NCBI GenBank assembly: GCA_963790475.1
Contig: CAWBOS010000010.1
Location: forward strand, 800,001 to 864,000
Length of the DNA stretch: 64,000 bases
Origin: an uncultured delta proteobacterium
GTDB taxonomy: Bacteria; Desulfobacterota; RBG-13-43-22
Direction of reading: 5' to 3'
Made by a program: the position numbers and the translations under genes. The notes beneath the pieces were generated by a model. It was not told the origin of the DNA. It made no database searches and saw only the letters and a program-made list of their open reading frames with translations. Of the stretch, positions 1-10,632 are shown in pieces; the first letter of the stretch is position 1; every line of letters starts with the position of its first letter.

Positions 1-10
1 TGAGCGTGAT

Positions 11-1024
11 CTAATCCGATCCTTTCCTGTCCAGATCTCTAAAGGCGGTCATCAGGCCCAGGCTGGTGGCTTCGACAATCCCTCTGATAATAGCCCGGGT
101 CAGACAGTCGGCCGCGGCCCGGCCGATCTCATTCAGGGCGGGGGCTTTGGGGGCGGCGAAGAAACCTTCGGTGTCCGGAAGTTCTCGATTGTTGGTTGCC
201 AGACAGAAGATAGTGTCCCCATCAAACATGGTGTGGGCCGGCCGTATGGCCCGGCCTAATCCATCCTGGGCCATCTGGGCCACTTTTTGCGTTTGGGCTT
301 TATTTAAAACCGCGTCAGTGGCTATGACCCCGATGGTGGTGTTTGTTGAAGAAGAGGGCAGGGGAGCAGCGGGTAGCCTCACCGATCTTTTCCCAATGGA
401 TCCGAATTCTCCTTCCCTTTCCAATCGGATCTCCCAAGGACGGCCGTTCAGCGGATCGATAACCGAGCCGAGGGAATTGACGGCCACCAGGGCAGCCACC
501 TTTATCCCCGATCCAAGAATCTCGCTGGCCGTACCTAACCCGCCCTTGATGCCCCCGGAAAGGGCACCGGTCCCGGCACCGACAGAACCCAGAGGAAATG
601 TTGCGGCTGTAGCCGCTTCACAGGCCATCCTGCCCCAGTCGGGGTTGGCCGGAGGGATAAAATCTTTCCCCCGGCCCAGGTCAAACAAGGCCGCACCTGG
701 GACAATCGGGGCCACATGACCTTCCGGTAAAGGAAACCCCCAGCCCTTTTTCGCGAGCCACCTTACGACACCATCACAAGAGGCCAGCCCATAAACCGAA
801 CCGCCGGTCAGAACAATGGCCTGGGCCTTTTCCACCAGATTCAAGGGCTGTAAGAGATCGGTTTCGCGAGTACCGGGGGCAGAACCCCGTACATCAACCC
901 CCGCCGTTGCCCCCTGAGGACATAGAATGACTGTTACACCGCTGGCCGCTTCACTATTCGTATAATGCCCGACCAGTATCCTTTCCACATCGGTAATTGA
1001 ATTTTTTCTGCCGATTACCGTCAT
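11..1024 (-). CDS. P1/DmpA family aminopeptidase (peptidase S58)
   Basis: Motifs NSITDV, GVDVRGSAPGTRETDLL, GGSVYGL, NTTIGVIATDA, PAHTMFDGDTIF. Start moved to ATG at 1024, which follows an AAGGGG RBS-like site. Confidence 0.9.
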   Translation of the reverse strand: MTVIGRKNSITDVERILVGHYTNSEAASGVTVILCPQGATAGVDVRGSAPGTRETDLLQPLNLVEKAQAIVLTGGSVYGLASCDGVVRWLAKKGWGFPLPEGHVAPIVPGAALFDLGRGKDFIPPANPDWGRMACEAATAATFPLGSVGAGTGALSGGIKGGLGTASEILGSGIKVAALVAVNSLGSVIDPLNGRPWEIRLEREGEFGSIGKRSVRLPAAPLPSSSTNTTIGVIATDAVLNKAQTQKVAQMAQDGLGRAIRPAHTMFDGDTIFCLATNNRELPDTEGFFAAPKAPALNEIGRAAADCLTRAIIRGIVEATSLGLMTAFRDLDRKGSD

Positions 1025-1144
1025 TGGGCAAGCCCCTTTCAACAATATCAAAAAAATCAGCTTCTACGCCCCGTCCGTGAGTTCACCCGGAAGAGGTGGC
1101 CCCTGACAGGGCTTAAATTCGAATATTGCGTCAAAACCCATCTT

Positions 1145-1212
1145 CGTCCGGACTTGACCCGGAATCCAGGAGTTTAAATCTCTCCTGGACCCCGGCTTTC
1201 GCCGGGGCGACG
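1145..1212. repeat. REP-like paired palindrome (CCGGAATCCAG ... CTGGACCCCGGCTTTCGCCGGGG family), copy 1
   Basis: Shares CCGGAATCCAG and CTGGACCCCGGCTTTCGCCGGGG with 32512-32590 and is related to 63643-63705. Confidence 0.8.
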
Positions 1213-1312
1213 GCAAAGAGGACTCTTAGCGATATGATTAAATAGAACGGCAAAACTTTGTCGATGTTGATTTACTAAGCGACTAATCCGATGCGGAAAC
1301 ATCGCCTTAAAA

Positions 1313-2167
1313 TCAGCGCTTGATAATCCCGCTGGCCCGGCCTTTTACGTTTGCGGTGCCATCCACCTGCTGGATGCGGAAGGCAAGAATCAGCCGGGTG
1401 CCCTCTTTGCTCTCGATTTTCTCTGAGATTGAAGCCCGGATGGTTATGGGCTGCTTCTGATGAACCGCCTTAACAAAGGCCAGTTCGATTTCCCCGCCGG
1501 TAAACCAGTCAGACCCGAAAAAATCCTCAAAATACTTGGAGAGATAGCCGCAGAGGACATAACCGGAAAGCAAGGCGGCCGGGTAGCCCTTGGTGCGGGC
1601 GTACTCATCTTTGTGACTGGAATCGGCCAGGAAGGGAAAATCATCCAATGCCCGCTGGAAGGCGGTTCTGGTAACCGAAGGTATTTCATGACCGGGTTTC
1701 AAGTCCTCCATTTTAGCCGGAGAAGTCGATCCTTTCACCTCCTGAACATCAGACCTTTTTTCAAGGCTCAGCAGGAAGTGGTCGGTTGTCCGTCTGATCT
1801 CGAGACCGTCTTCGTCAGTCATGAGAGTCTCAATGGCCGCGTATTCAAGTCCCTTTTTGATGTATTTATCAACCAGCACGCCGCTCAGAAACAGCTTCTT
1901 GTCGAGCTTCGCCGGGTTGATGTTTTTCTGGGAAAGCCTTGCGGGTACAGTAGCATGGGAGTCGTATTTTGAACCGATCATTCTCAGTCCGAGGAGGGTT
2001 CCCATGTACATGGCCGGGTAAACCGGTCCGCCCCAGGGCGATTCCTTGGTATGAATCGGATCTAATTCATCCATTTCGCAGGTAAAGTATCGCTCGATGT
2101 AGGGTAACTCCAACGGTCCGTATTGGTCGCCGGTCTTCAGTTCTTCCCAGGGGATGTATTTTGACAT
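1313..2167 (-). CDS. Double hot-dog MaoC-like dehydratase/acyl dehydratase
   Basis: Two MaoC-like halves (DPIHT..SPWGGPVYP and SSHKDEYARTKGYPAALLSG...FVKAV). Confidence 0.75.
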   Translation of the reverse strand: MSKYIPWEELKTGDQYGPLELPYIERYFTCEMDELDPIHTKESPWGGPVYPAMYMGTLLGLRMIGSKYDSHATVPARLSQKNINPAKLDKKLFLSGVLVDKYIKKGLEYAAIETLMTDEDGLEIRRTTDHFLLSLEKRSDVQEVKGSTSPAKMEDLKPGHEIPSVTRTAFQRALDDFPFLADSSHKDEYARTKGYPAALLSGYVLCGYLSKYFEDFFGSDWFTGGEIELAFVKAVHQKQPITIRASISEKIESKEGTRLILAFRIQQVDGTANVKGRASGIIKR

Positions 2168-2686
2168 ACTTTTTCCTTCACCAACGAATGTCGGCTATTA
2201 GCATTCGTTGGTACTTGCTAAAAGTTATTCTGCCTTAAAATTTTTACCGTGCTTCTTAATGGGAGTCAAGGGTAAATATCCGGTTAATAAAACCCTTCAA
2301 GTTTTTTCGAAAATTACTTCAACGCACTGAATTCAATGAGGACACTACCGATGCTTCAAATTGCATAGAAATGAGGGCAAGCAGTTTTTATTTTTGACAA
2401 AGCTCCTGACAGACGTTACTATAATATTGAAGCATTTGTTCTCCCAGATTGGGGATATGAGTTCATTCCGTCTGAGGTGAGACCAGCCAATCTAAGGCAT
2501 AGAAGTTTTTTTCTTGTCGGGGTCTTTGGATCAGCAGATGGTCTGGGATTCTTCTGGGAGATTAGGATATCCGTTCTTGGGCGGCGGCAAGGATTTCCAT
2601 TTATTTCTGGGATGGTTTCATCATCTCTAAGCAACCGAGTCAATGGAGGATGGACTTGGCAGAAGACCTGAACCGGAGGAAGGATT

Positions 2687-3880
2687 ATGATGCAGAGCAG
2701 AACGTTTGTTGCCGTTTTAGTGCTGACTTATCTGATTCTTATCGGTATTACAGCCGATGGGTACTCCCAGCAGCAATCAGACCCTCTTAAAACCCCTGGA
2801 AAAGAACAGCCGTCCACTGCCAAACAGCCCGCTTTGAGATCGCCGCGACGGGAGGGGATCGGGCTTCAGGTAATTGTGGACCTGAGTGTGAGCCCACTCG
2901 TCTATACAGGCTCGTGCCCGGCAGTTTTCACCTTCAAAGGTCGGATTTATGCGAACAAGGCTACGGAGGTTTTGTACAAGTTTATCCGGAGTGACAGTGT
3001 CCAGTCGCAGGTAAAATCTCTCGTCTTTGAGAAAGAAGGGCGTCAGGAGGTGACCTATACCTGGCAAGTGGGTGACCCGGCTAAGCTTCCGAAATTCAGC
3101 GGGGCTGTAGTCATGCAGGTCATCTACCCGCTGAATATGATGGTCCAATCGAACGAAGCTATTTTCAGGGGCAATTGCACGGGCCCGGGGAAGACTGGGC
3201 CGGAAAATCGTGCGGGTCAGCGAACAGTCCAGCAGGGGCCACCAACAGCCCCGAGCTCCTTTCCTTCGCCCACAGGGAAAGAGGGAGGACAACCTCCAAT
3301 GCCCTTTCCTTCAACCGCAGGTCAGCAGGGACAACCTGCAATGACCTTTCCTTCAACCACTGGCCAACAGGGACAACCTCCCATGGGCTTTCCTCCACCC
3401 TCGGGCCAGCAGGGAAAGCCGGCAACGGGAGACGGAGATTGCTTTACCTTCAACCCCGCTGCAACGAAGGTCCAGCAGAGTCAGGGGAGCTGGTCCTTAG
3501 TCGATGGCCCCCGCACCTTGTTCAGTTTTGGCGTAGACAGGATTGAGGCAGAGAATACCCTGGCCATCCTGAAACATTACGGGATGGACCGTTCATGTTT
3601 TGTGGGCCATCCCAGGCCCTCTTTTCATTATATGCTGGCCGGTGGTTCTCCGCCGGTGGGCCCTTTCCCGGGCGAGGATTGCCGTTCTTTCAACCCGGCC
3701 ATGACCTCTGCCCTGTGGATCAAGGGCTGGAGGCTTGTGGACGGCAACAACGCTCTGTTTGAGTTCGGCACGGATAAAGACGGCGCAGACCAGGCTTTGG
3801 CGATCATTAAGAGATACGGTTTCACGCACTCCTGCAGGATGGCCCGCGGCAAAGTCGATTTCCTCTATTTGCGCAAGTAG
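2687..3880 (+). CDS. Secreted hypothetical protein with a Pro/Gln/Gly repeat linker and a duplicated Cys-containing C-terminal domain
   Basis: GGAGG RBS, hydrophobic N-terminus, 14-aa GQQGQPxMxFP repeats, two DCxxFNPA...W.LVDG...LF.FG.D..A..ALAI.K.YG...SC modules. Confidence 0.75.
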   Translation: MMQSRTFVAVLVLTYLILIGITADGYSQQQSDPLKTPGKEQPSTAKQPALRSPRREGIGLQVIVDLSVSPLVYTGSCPAVFTFKGRIYANKATEVLYKFIRSDSVQSQVKSLVFEKEGRQEVTYTWQVGDPAKLPKFSGAVVMQVIYPLNMMVQSNEAIFRGNCTGPGKTGPENRAGQRTVQQGPPTAPSSFPSPTGKEGGQPPMPFPSTAGQQGQPAMTFPSTTGQQGQPPMGFPPPSGQQGKPATGDGDCFTFNPAATKVQQSQGSWSLVDGPRTLFSFGVDRIEAENTLAILKHYGMDRSCFVGHPRPSFHYMLAGGSPPVGPFPGEDCRSFNPAMTSALWIKGWRLVDGNNALFEFGTDKDGADQALAIIKRYGFTHSCRMARGKVDFLYLRK

Positions 3881-3952
3881 CGGGTAGGGTGTATAGAAAG
3901 TGGGTTCAAGTCCGTCCGAGGGCGGGAGGACCCATATTCGGCGCTACTGCTC

Positions 3953-6900
3953 CTATGGGGTTATTTCTTTGGCCAGCGATCTTTTTCTCCAGAGTATGTA
4001 GATGGCGGGATAGATGGTGAGCTCGAGGACGGTGGAGGTCACGAGACCGCCTATCATCGGCGCAGCGATACTCTTCATGATCTCCGAACCGACCCCGGTG
4101 CTGAAGAGGATGGGAACGAGGCCAAAGAGCATGGTCCCTACTGTCATGATCTTGGGCCGGAGCCTTTTTACCGCACCATGCCTGACGGCTTCCTCCAGGT
4201 CGGAAAGGCCCTTCAACCTCCCTTCCTCTTTCCAGCGGTCGTAGGAAAGATCGAGGTAGAGCAGCATCACTACTCCGGTCTCCGCATCCAGCCCGGCCAG
4301 GGCGATGATACCCACCCAGACCGCGGTGCTCATGTGGTATCCGAGGAGGTAAAGGAGCCAGAAAGAGCCCACCAGGGAGAAGGGGACGGCAAGAAGGATA
4401 ATAGCGGTCTTCACATACGACCTGGTGCTGAGATAGAGGATGATGACTATCAGGAGGATGGTAAGGGGTACGACGGTCTTGAGATGTTTGCGGATACTCT
4501 GGATGCGCTCGTAGTCGCCACTCCATTCGAGGCGATAGCCCTCGGGAACCTTGAAAGAGGCCAACCGTTTCTTGGCTTCCTTGATATAGGTTCCGGCATC
4601 CCCCGCGGCGTAATCTATGTAGATGTACCCGGTGAGCATCCCTGCCTCGCTCTTGATCTGGGTTGGTCCGTTGACAATCCTGATATCCGCCAGTTGCGAA
4701 AGGGGTACCTGGGCGGAACCGGGGGAGGTAGCCGCGGGCAGGTCGGGCTGACCGGCCGGAAAAGAAACGGGGACAAGGACCCTCTTCAGGGTATCAACAT
4801 CGCCACGTAGTTCCCGGGCATAGCGGATATTGACGGGATAACGCCCTCTCCCCTCGATGGTGGTGGTTACATTGAGGCCCCCGACGGATGACTGGATAAT
4901 ATCGTTGACGTCATCCACGGTAAGGCCGTAACGGGCAGCTTTTTCCCTGTCGACGGTGATGTCGAGAAAATAGCCCGTATTTACCCTTTCGGCATAGACG
5001 CTTCTGGTATTGGGTACCTCCTTCAGGAGTTTTTCAACGGCAATATCGATTTTTTCGATCTCTTCAATACTGGGGCCGAAGATTTTCATCCCCAGGGGCG
5101 TTCGTATGCCTGTGGAAAGCATGTCGATTCTCGCTTTGATGGGCGAGGTGAAGGAATTGACCACTCCGGTCATCGTCAGAGCCTCATTCATCTCCATGGT
5201 CAGTTCCTCGACGGTCATCCCTTTTCGCCATTGCGACTTGGGTTTCAGGTTGATGATCGTTTCGAACATCTCCAGAGGGGCCGGGTCGGTGGCGGTCTCG
5301 GCGCGGCCCGACTTGCCGAACACTTGGGAGACTTCAGGGAAGCCCTTCAGTATTTTGTCCTGTTTCTGAAGCAGGGAAGAGACCTCCGAAATGGCCACGC
5401 CGGGGGCAGTGACCGGCATGTAGAACAGGGCTCCTTCGAAGAGAGCGGGCATCGACTCGTATCCCAGTCTGAAAAGCGGATAGGCGGTTATTCCCATGAG
5501 GATCAGCGCCCCGATGAGCACTTTTTTAGGGGACCCGAGGCTGAGACGTACCACCGGATCATAGATTCTCTGAAGCAGGCGATTCACCGGGTTGTCCTGC
5601 TCCGGCCGTATGTGTCCTCTAATGAAAATGGTCATGAGGGCAGGGGTGAGTGTGATCGGCCAGGCAGGACGCGGCCAGCATGGCGAAGGTCTTGGCATAG
5701 GCCAGAGGCCTGAAGAGCCTTCCTTCCTGGCCCAGGAGGGTAAAAATAGGCAGAAAGGCCACGGTAATGACTATGAGCGCGAAGAACAGCGAAGGCCCCA
5801 CCTCTTTGGCGGCTCCAACGATGATGTCGATCCGGTTGACGGTTGTCGGTTGCCGGTCCTGCGTCCCCGGGGCCTGACCATTGGCTTTAGGTCCGTCGTT
5901 GGACGGTGATAACCCGTAACCGGCCTGTTCCAGCTTCTTGTGTGCGTTTTCCACCATAATGATGGAGGCATCCACAAGTACACCTATGGAAATGGCGATT
6001 CCGCTGAGGCTCATGATGTTGGAGGTGACTCTCAGGTAGTAGAGGAAAATAAAGGAGATGAGAACCGCGCCCGGGAGCGTGAGGATAACGACCAAGGCAC
6101 TGGGAAGATGAAAGAGAAAGACTATGCAGATAATGCTGACCACAACGAAGAGGATAATGATCTCGTTACGCAAGGTACCGACTGACTTGTATATGAGATC
6201 GGAGCGGTCATAGGTGGTGACAATCTTCACTCCTTTGGGGAGGCTGGGGGCGATATTATTATTGATCCTCTCCTTTACACGGTCAATGACGTTGAGAACG
6301 TTCTCTCCATACCTGATGACGACGATGCCTCCGGCCACTTCCCCTCTGCCGTCGAGATCGGCAATCCCCCGCCTTATCTCAGGTCCCAGCTGAACCCGGG
6401 CAACATCCTTCAAAAAAACCGGGGTTCCCGATCCGTCGCTGCCCACGGGAATGGTCTCCAGGTCCTTGATGTCCCGGATGTACCCCCGTCCCCGCACCAC
6501 ATACTCCGCACCTGAGAATTCCACTACCCGTCCCTCGACATCGCTGTTGCTTTTTCTTACCGCTTCAAATACTTTGTTGATCGGTATACCGTATGACAGG
6601 AGCCGGTTCGGGTCGACGATGATCTGGTATTGTTTCACGAAGCCGCCAATGCTGGCCACCTGGGCGACTCCGGGCACGCTCTCCAGGGCCAGCTTCAGGT
6701 TATAATCTTGAAGCGAGCGCATCTCCGATGGATCCCGATCCCCCTTTTCATCCACTAAAGCATAGCAGAATCCCCACCCGACACCCGAGGCATCAGGGCC
6801 GAGCACGGGGTTTACGTCAGCGGGTATCTTCCCTTTTACCGCCTGAAGATATTCCAGCACCCGGCTTCTCGCCCAGTAGATATCCGTTCCGTCTTTGAAT

Positions 6901-7187
6901 ATGACGTAGATGAAGGAGCTTCCCAGGAAGGAGAAACCCCGCACCGCCTTCACCCGTGGCGCGGCCAGGAGCGTGGCACTTATGGGGTAGGTTATCTGAT
7001 TCTCCACCAGGTCGGGGCTTCTGCCCTGCCAGTCCGCGTAGACGATGACCTGGGTGTCGCTCTGGTCGGGCAGGGCATCGAGGGAGCATTCACTGAGGGC
7101 CCAGTATCCCCAGCCCACCAGGATAACGACAAGGAGGATCGTTACCAGCCTGTTTTTGGCGCAGAGCTCGATGATCCGCGCTATCAT
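3953..7187 (-). pseudogene. cusA: CusA/CzcA heavy-metal RND efflux permease split by a +1 frameshift near 5657
   Basis: ORF 5619-7187 is the N-terminal half (DALPDQSDTQVIV, NIMSLSGIAISIG) and ORF 3953-5698 the C-terminal half (GKSGRAETATDPAP, GAVKRLRPKIMT). Removing one base joins ...ASCLA|ITLTPALM. Confidence 0.85.
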
Positions 7188-8392
7188 TGACCCGCACCCT
7201 TCAGCTTCGACTCTGAATCGATGAGGAAGACTGCCGACGAGGCCACTTTCTCTCCGGCTTTGAGACCGCTGAGGACTTCAACCATACCGTTGCCCCTGAC
7301 CCCGGCTTTGATTTGGCGGGCGGAGAAGGAGCCATCCCCCGTATCTACGTAGACGACCTGCTTCTTTCCCGTATCGAGGACGGCTGTTTCAGGTATGGTG
7401 AGTCTATTTCCCAGATCGAGCTCCATCTCCACGTCGGCAAACATCTGGGGCTTGAGGAGCAGGTTGGGATTGGGGATTACGAACCGTGCCTTGGCCGTCC
7501 GCGTCTGGCCCGACAAGGAAGGATAGACGAAATCGACCTTGGACGAGAATTCTTTCTGAGGATAGTAACTCAGTGTGATTTTGGCATTCTGACCGGCCTT
7601 AACAAAGGGTATCTCGTATTCATAGATATCCGCAAGCACCCAGACGGTCGAGAGGTCCACCACGTCGAATATCTTATCTCCCGGCGCCACCCGGGTCCCC
7701 TTGAAGACGGGCTTCTGAAAGACATATCCGTCGGCCGGGCTCTTAACCGTCAGGGTTCTTATCGGTTTCTTGCTGGTCTCTATCTCTTTCACCTGCTCGT
7801 CGGTGAATTCCCAGAGAGAGAATTTTTGTCTGGCGACATTAAACAGGCCTTCCAGGTCAAAGGTGGTCACCCTTCCCACAGTGCCATAGCGATCTCCCCA
7901 GCTGAACTCGACGTTTCTCTGGGAACGAAAACCCACGTTGGCCTGCATGGCCAGGAGATTGAGATATTCAAGCTGGACAGACATCAGTTCCGGACTGTAT
8001 ATTTCTGCCAACGGCGCGCCCTTTTGCACGTATTTTCCCGTGTAATCGGCATAGAGCTTTTCGATCCACCCTTCCACCTTAATGTTGACGGTGGTCAGTT
8101 TTCTCTCGTCGAATTCCACACGCCCCACGGTCCTGAGCGTCTTCTTCATTGGCAATATGGCCGCCGTAAAGGTTCTTATTCCCATCATCTGCTTCTTATC
8201 AGCCGAGACTTCTACTGATGGGGTTGGCTCCGGTTGGGCCGTGGCTGGTTGAGAAGCGCCGGCTGAGTTTGCCTCAGCCTTCCCCCCTGAGACCGGAAGG
8301 GATGGAGAGGGACCAGCGCCGTGTGAATAGAAGAGGTAAGCTCCGACGGCGATAAGAATTACCACTAAACCCGCGACATATGTTTTTTTCAT
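7184..8392 (-). CDS. cusB: CusB-like RND periplasmic adaptor subunit
   Basis: GWIEKLY, EIYSPEL, DLSTVWVLADIYE, FLIDSES motifs; 4-bp ATGA-type overlap with the cusA start. Confidence 0.9.
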   Translation of the reverse strand: MKKTYVAGLVVILIAVGAYLFYSHGAGPSPSLPVSGGKAEANSAGASQPATAQPEPTPSVEVSADKKQMMGIRTFTAAILPMKKTLRTVGRVEFDERKLTTVNIKVEGWIEKLYADYTGKYVQKGAPLAEIYSPELMSVQLEYLNLLAMQANVGFRSQRNVEFSWGDRYGTVGRVTTFDLEGLFNVARQKFSLWEFTDEQVKEIETSKKPIRTLTVKSPADGYVFQKPVFKGTRVAPGDKIFDVVDLSTVWVLADIYEYEIPFVKAGQNAKITLSYYPQKEFSSKVDFVYPSLSGQTRTAKARFVIPNPNLLLKPQMFADVEMELDLGNRLTIPETAVLDTGKKQVVYVDTGDGSFSARQIKAGVRGNGMVEVLSGLKAGEKVASSAVFLIDSESKLKGAGQ

Positions 8393-8481
8393 CTCAGGAC
8401 ACCTCTCAGATAACAGGGTTGAAGGTTAACAGGGTTCCAAGGTTCAATGGTCGAGAACAACCCAGGGATTTCTGGTCAAAG

Positions 8482-8877
8482 TCACCTCACGTCGATGAGG
8501 ACCGTCATCCTGAGTTGCTTACTGCCTACGCCTCCCCTGATGACTATATTCCAGGGGCCTTTCATGATCAAGTTCATGGTTGTGCCATATCCTGAGCTGC
8601 GAGGGGATGCCTTCACCGTATAATTCATGGGCGGCATACCCGGCATGGGAGGCATAAAATAATTGACCGTCACCAGGGCATCAACCACATATTTTCCGGC
8701 GAAATCCTTGATTTCAACCCATAGGTCGTTCTTCCCCAGGATAGGAGGGTTCTGATTGATAGCCACATCCAGGGTGTAGCCGTCCACGGTTCGACGCACC
8801 GAAAAGTTTTTTCCATAGGTCGGGGTGACCAGGATCAGGATCAGGAGCGCAAGGGCCAATATCTTTATTTTATCCAT
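8482..8877 (-). CDS. YtkA/FixH-like secreted protein, Met-rich (MPPMPGMPPM)
   Basis: Signal peptide, NPP..GKN, MPxMPGMPxM and M.GPW motifs typical of proteins upstream of cusBA. Confidence 0.75.
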   Translation of the reverse strand: MDKIKILALALLILILVTPTYGKNFSVRRTVDGYTLDVAINQNPPILGKNDLWVEIKDFAGKYVVDALVTVNYFMPPMPGMPPMNYTVKASPRSSGYGTTMNLIMKGPWNIVIRGGVGSKQLRMTVLIDVR

Positions 8878-8889
8878 CTATCCACCGCC

Positions 8890-9891
8890 TCACCGGATAC
8901 CCAGCGTAAGGTTTGCCGTCACTATCTTCCAGATGGAGACGGCCGCGAAGAGCAGGTAACAGATTATCGAAATCAGGGCCAGATTTCTGCTGACCGCCGG
9001 AACGATACGGACGAGACTCTTGACGTCTCTGAACGGCTGCAGCAAGCCCACCCCGGCGCCGAAGACTACTCCTCCGAGGAGACTGCCATAAAGCAGGTAG
9101 CCGACATAGCCGTATTCTCTCTGAAGAATGCAGAAGGGGCAGTGGTGGGTGGGGAGCTCGTAAAAATAGAGGGATATGAACGAGAGTAAGGACAGGGCCA
9201 TGACGGGAAAGGCGGCAACGGCAAAAACAGAGAAAAGCAGGCTACCCCGCCCGCTTATCCGGTAGCGAAGGCCGGTTAAGGTAACCAGGATCAGGCTGGC
9301 ATAGAAAGCGATCATCATCGGGCCGGGCGGAAGCGCTGCCAGGTCACCGGAGACCGACCCCTGGCCGGAACCGAAGAGGCTGCCGCAACAGGAAGTGATG
9401 ATGTCCGGCCTCAGCTTCAAAAAGTAGCCCGTCTGCAGGACCGCCTCGGAAACTACGAAAGGGACGATGGCCAGGAGCAACATGAACTTCTTCCGTATCA
9501 GCGGGTAATCATAGGCGCGGCTGTCGGCGTAGTTCATGATGAGCCAGAGGCCTGCCAGGATACAGCTAAAGATCTTGAGCAGGAATGTCGGATAGCCATA
9601 GGAATTGACGTTGAGACTTCCGGCGGCGCACATGGCGCCCACGAAACGGGAATGGAGATCGTCCGCGGTGTAAACATAAAGAAAGAGTGAGGTTATTTGA
9701 AAGGCAAAGGCGCAGGCCAGGAGAGTCGAAATAAGGTAGGTGCTTCTTTCCAGTGTAAGCTGCTTCGCGCTCCCGTTACCGATATCCCAATATCGGATAA
9801 TCCTGGCGCCGAAGAAGGCGGCGTAGACAACCATAAAAGTGACCAGACCGGAGGTGAGGAGGAGGGCGACAATGGCGGGGTGGAGGATCAT
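8890..9891 (-). CDS. Multi-pass membrane protein with Cys/His motifs (GAMCAAG, TSCCG, HHCPFC)
   Basis: Several hydrophobic segments; 4-bp overlap with the ATPase gene. Confidence 0.75.
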   Translation of the reverse strand: MILHPAIVALLLTSGLVTFMVVYAAFFGARIIRYWDIGNGSAKQLTLERSTYLISTLLACAFAFQITSLFLYVYTADDLHSRFVGAMCAAGSLNVNSYGYPTFLLKIFSCILAGLWLIMNYADSRAYDYPLIRKKFMLLLAIVPFVVSEAVLQTGYFLKLRPDIITSCCGSLFGSGQGSVSGDLAALPPGPMMIAFYASLILVTLTGLRYRISGRGSLLFSVFAVAAFPVMALSLLSFISLYFYELPTHHCPFCILQREYGYVGYLLYGSLLGGVVFGAGVGLLQPFRDVKSLVRIVPAVSRNLALISIICYLLFAAVSIWKIVTANLTLGIR

Positions 9892-10631
9892 CCCCTCTTC
9901 CCCTCCACCCTGCCGTCCCGGATGGTGACCACGCGGTCTATAACCGGTGCATCGTACACCAGGGGGTCATGACTGGCTATGATCGCCGTCTTTCCCTCGT
10001 CTTTCAGCTTGCCCATTATGGTCATGAACTCGCGGGAAAGGGCGGAGTCAAGATGCGCGGTCGGCTCGTCGGCGATGATAACCGGTGGTTCGTTGATGAG
10101 GGCTCTGGCGATCGCTACCCTTTGAGCCTCACCGCCGGACAGCCACTCCACACGCGCCAAGGCCCGGTGGGACACGGAGAGCATTTCCATGATCTCGAAG
10201 GCTCGCCTTTTCGTCGCCCCGAAGGGCTCTCCCAGGGGATAGGAGGGCAGCATGACATTGTCCAGCGCCGAGATTCCCCTGATGAGATGATATTGCTGAA
10301 AAATAAACCCGAAAGTCTTCCTCCGTATCCCCGTCAGGAATCGTTCAGGCAAACTCGTCACGTCGAGCTCGGCGGGTTCGCCATGTCCTGAAGAGGGACC
10401 GTTGCCTGAAAACCCCGGTATCCCTCCCGTCAGGCAGAGTCTGATCCTCCCCGATGTCGGCCGGGCCATGCAGCCGATCAGGGAGAGGAGAGTAGTCTTG
10501 CCGGATCCGCTCGGCCCCTTCAGCACGGTGACCTTGTTCTCTTTGAGAGACAGGGTCACACCGTTAACGGCCGTGTACTCGTTGGGCTGCCCGGCGTTGA
10601 AAGTTTTTTTCACGTTGACCAACTCGACCAT
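9888..10631 (-). CDS. ABC transporter ATP-binding protein (LolD/MacB type)
   Basis: Walker A GPSGSGKT, signature LSGGE, Walker B IIADEPT. Confidence 0.95.
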   Translation of the reverse strand: MVELVNVKKTFNAGQPNEYTAVNGVTLSLKENKVTVLKGPSGSGKTTLLSLIGCMARPTSGRIRLCLTGGIPGFSGNGPSSGHGEPAELDVTSLPERFLTGIRRKTFGFIFQQYHLIRGISALDNVMLPSYPLGEPFGATKRRAFEIMEMLSVSHRALARVEWLSGGEAQRVAIARALINEPPVIIADEPTAHLDSALSREFMTIMGKLKDEGKTAIIASHDPLVYDAPVIDRVVTIRDGRVEGKRG

Positions 10632-10632
10632 G

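Noticed and set aside
5619-5698. Programmed frameshift in cusA
   Set aside because: No slippery heptamer or homopolymer at the junction.
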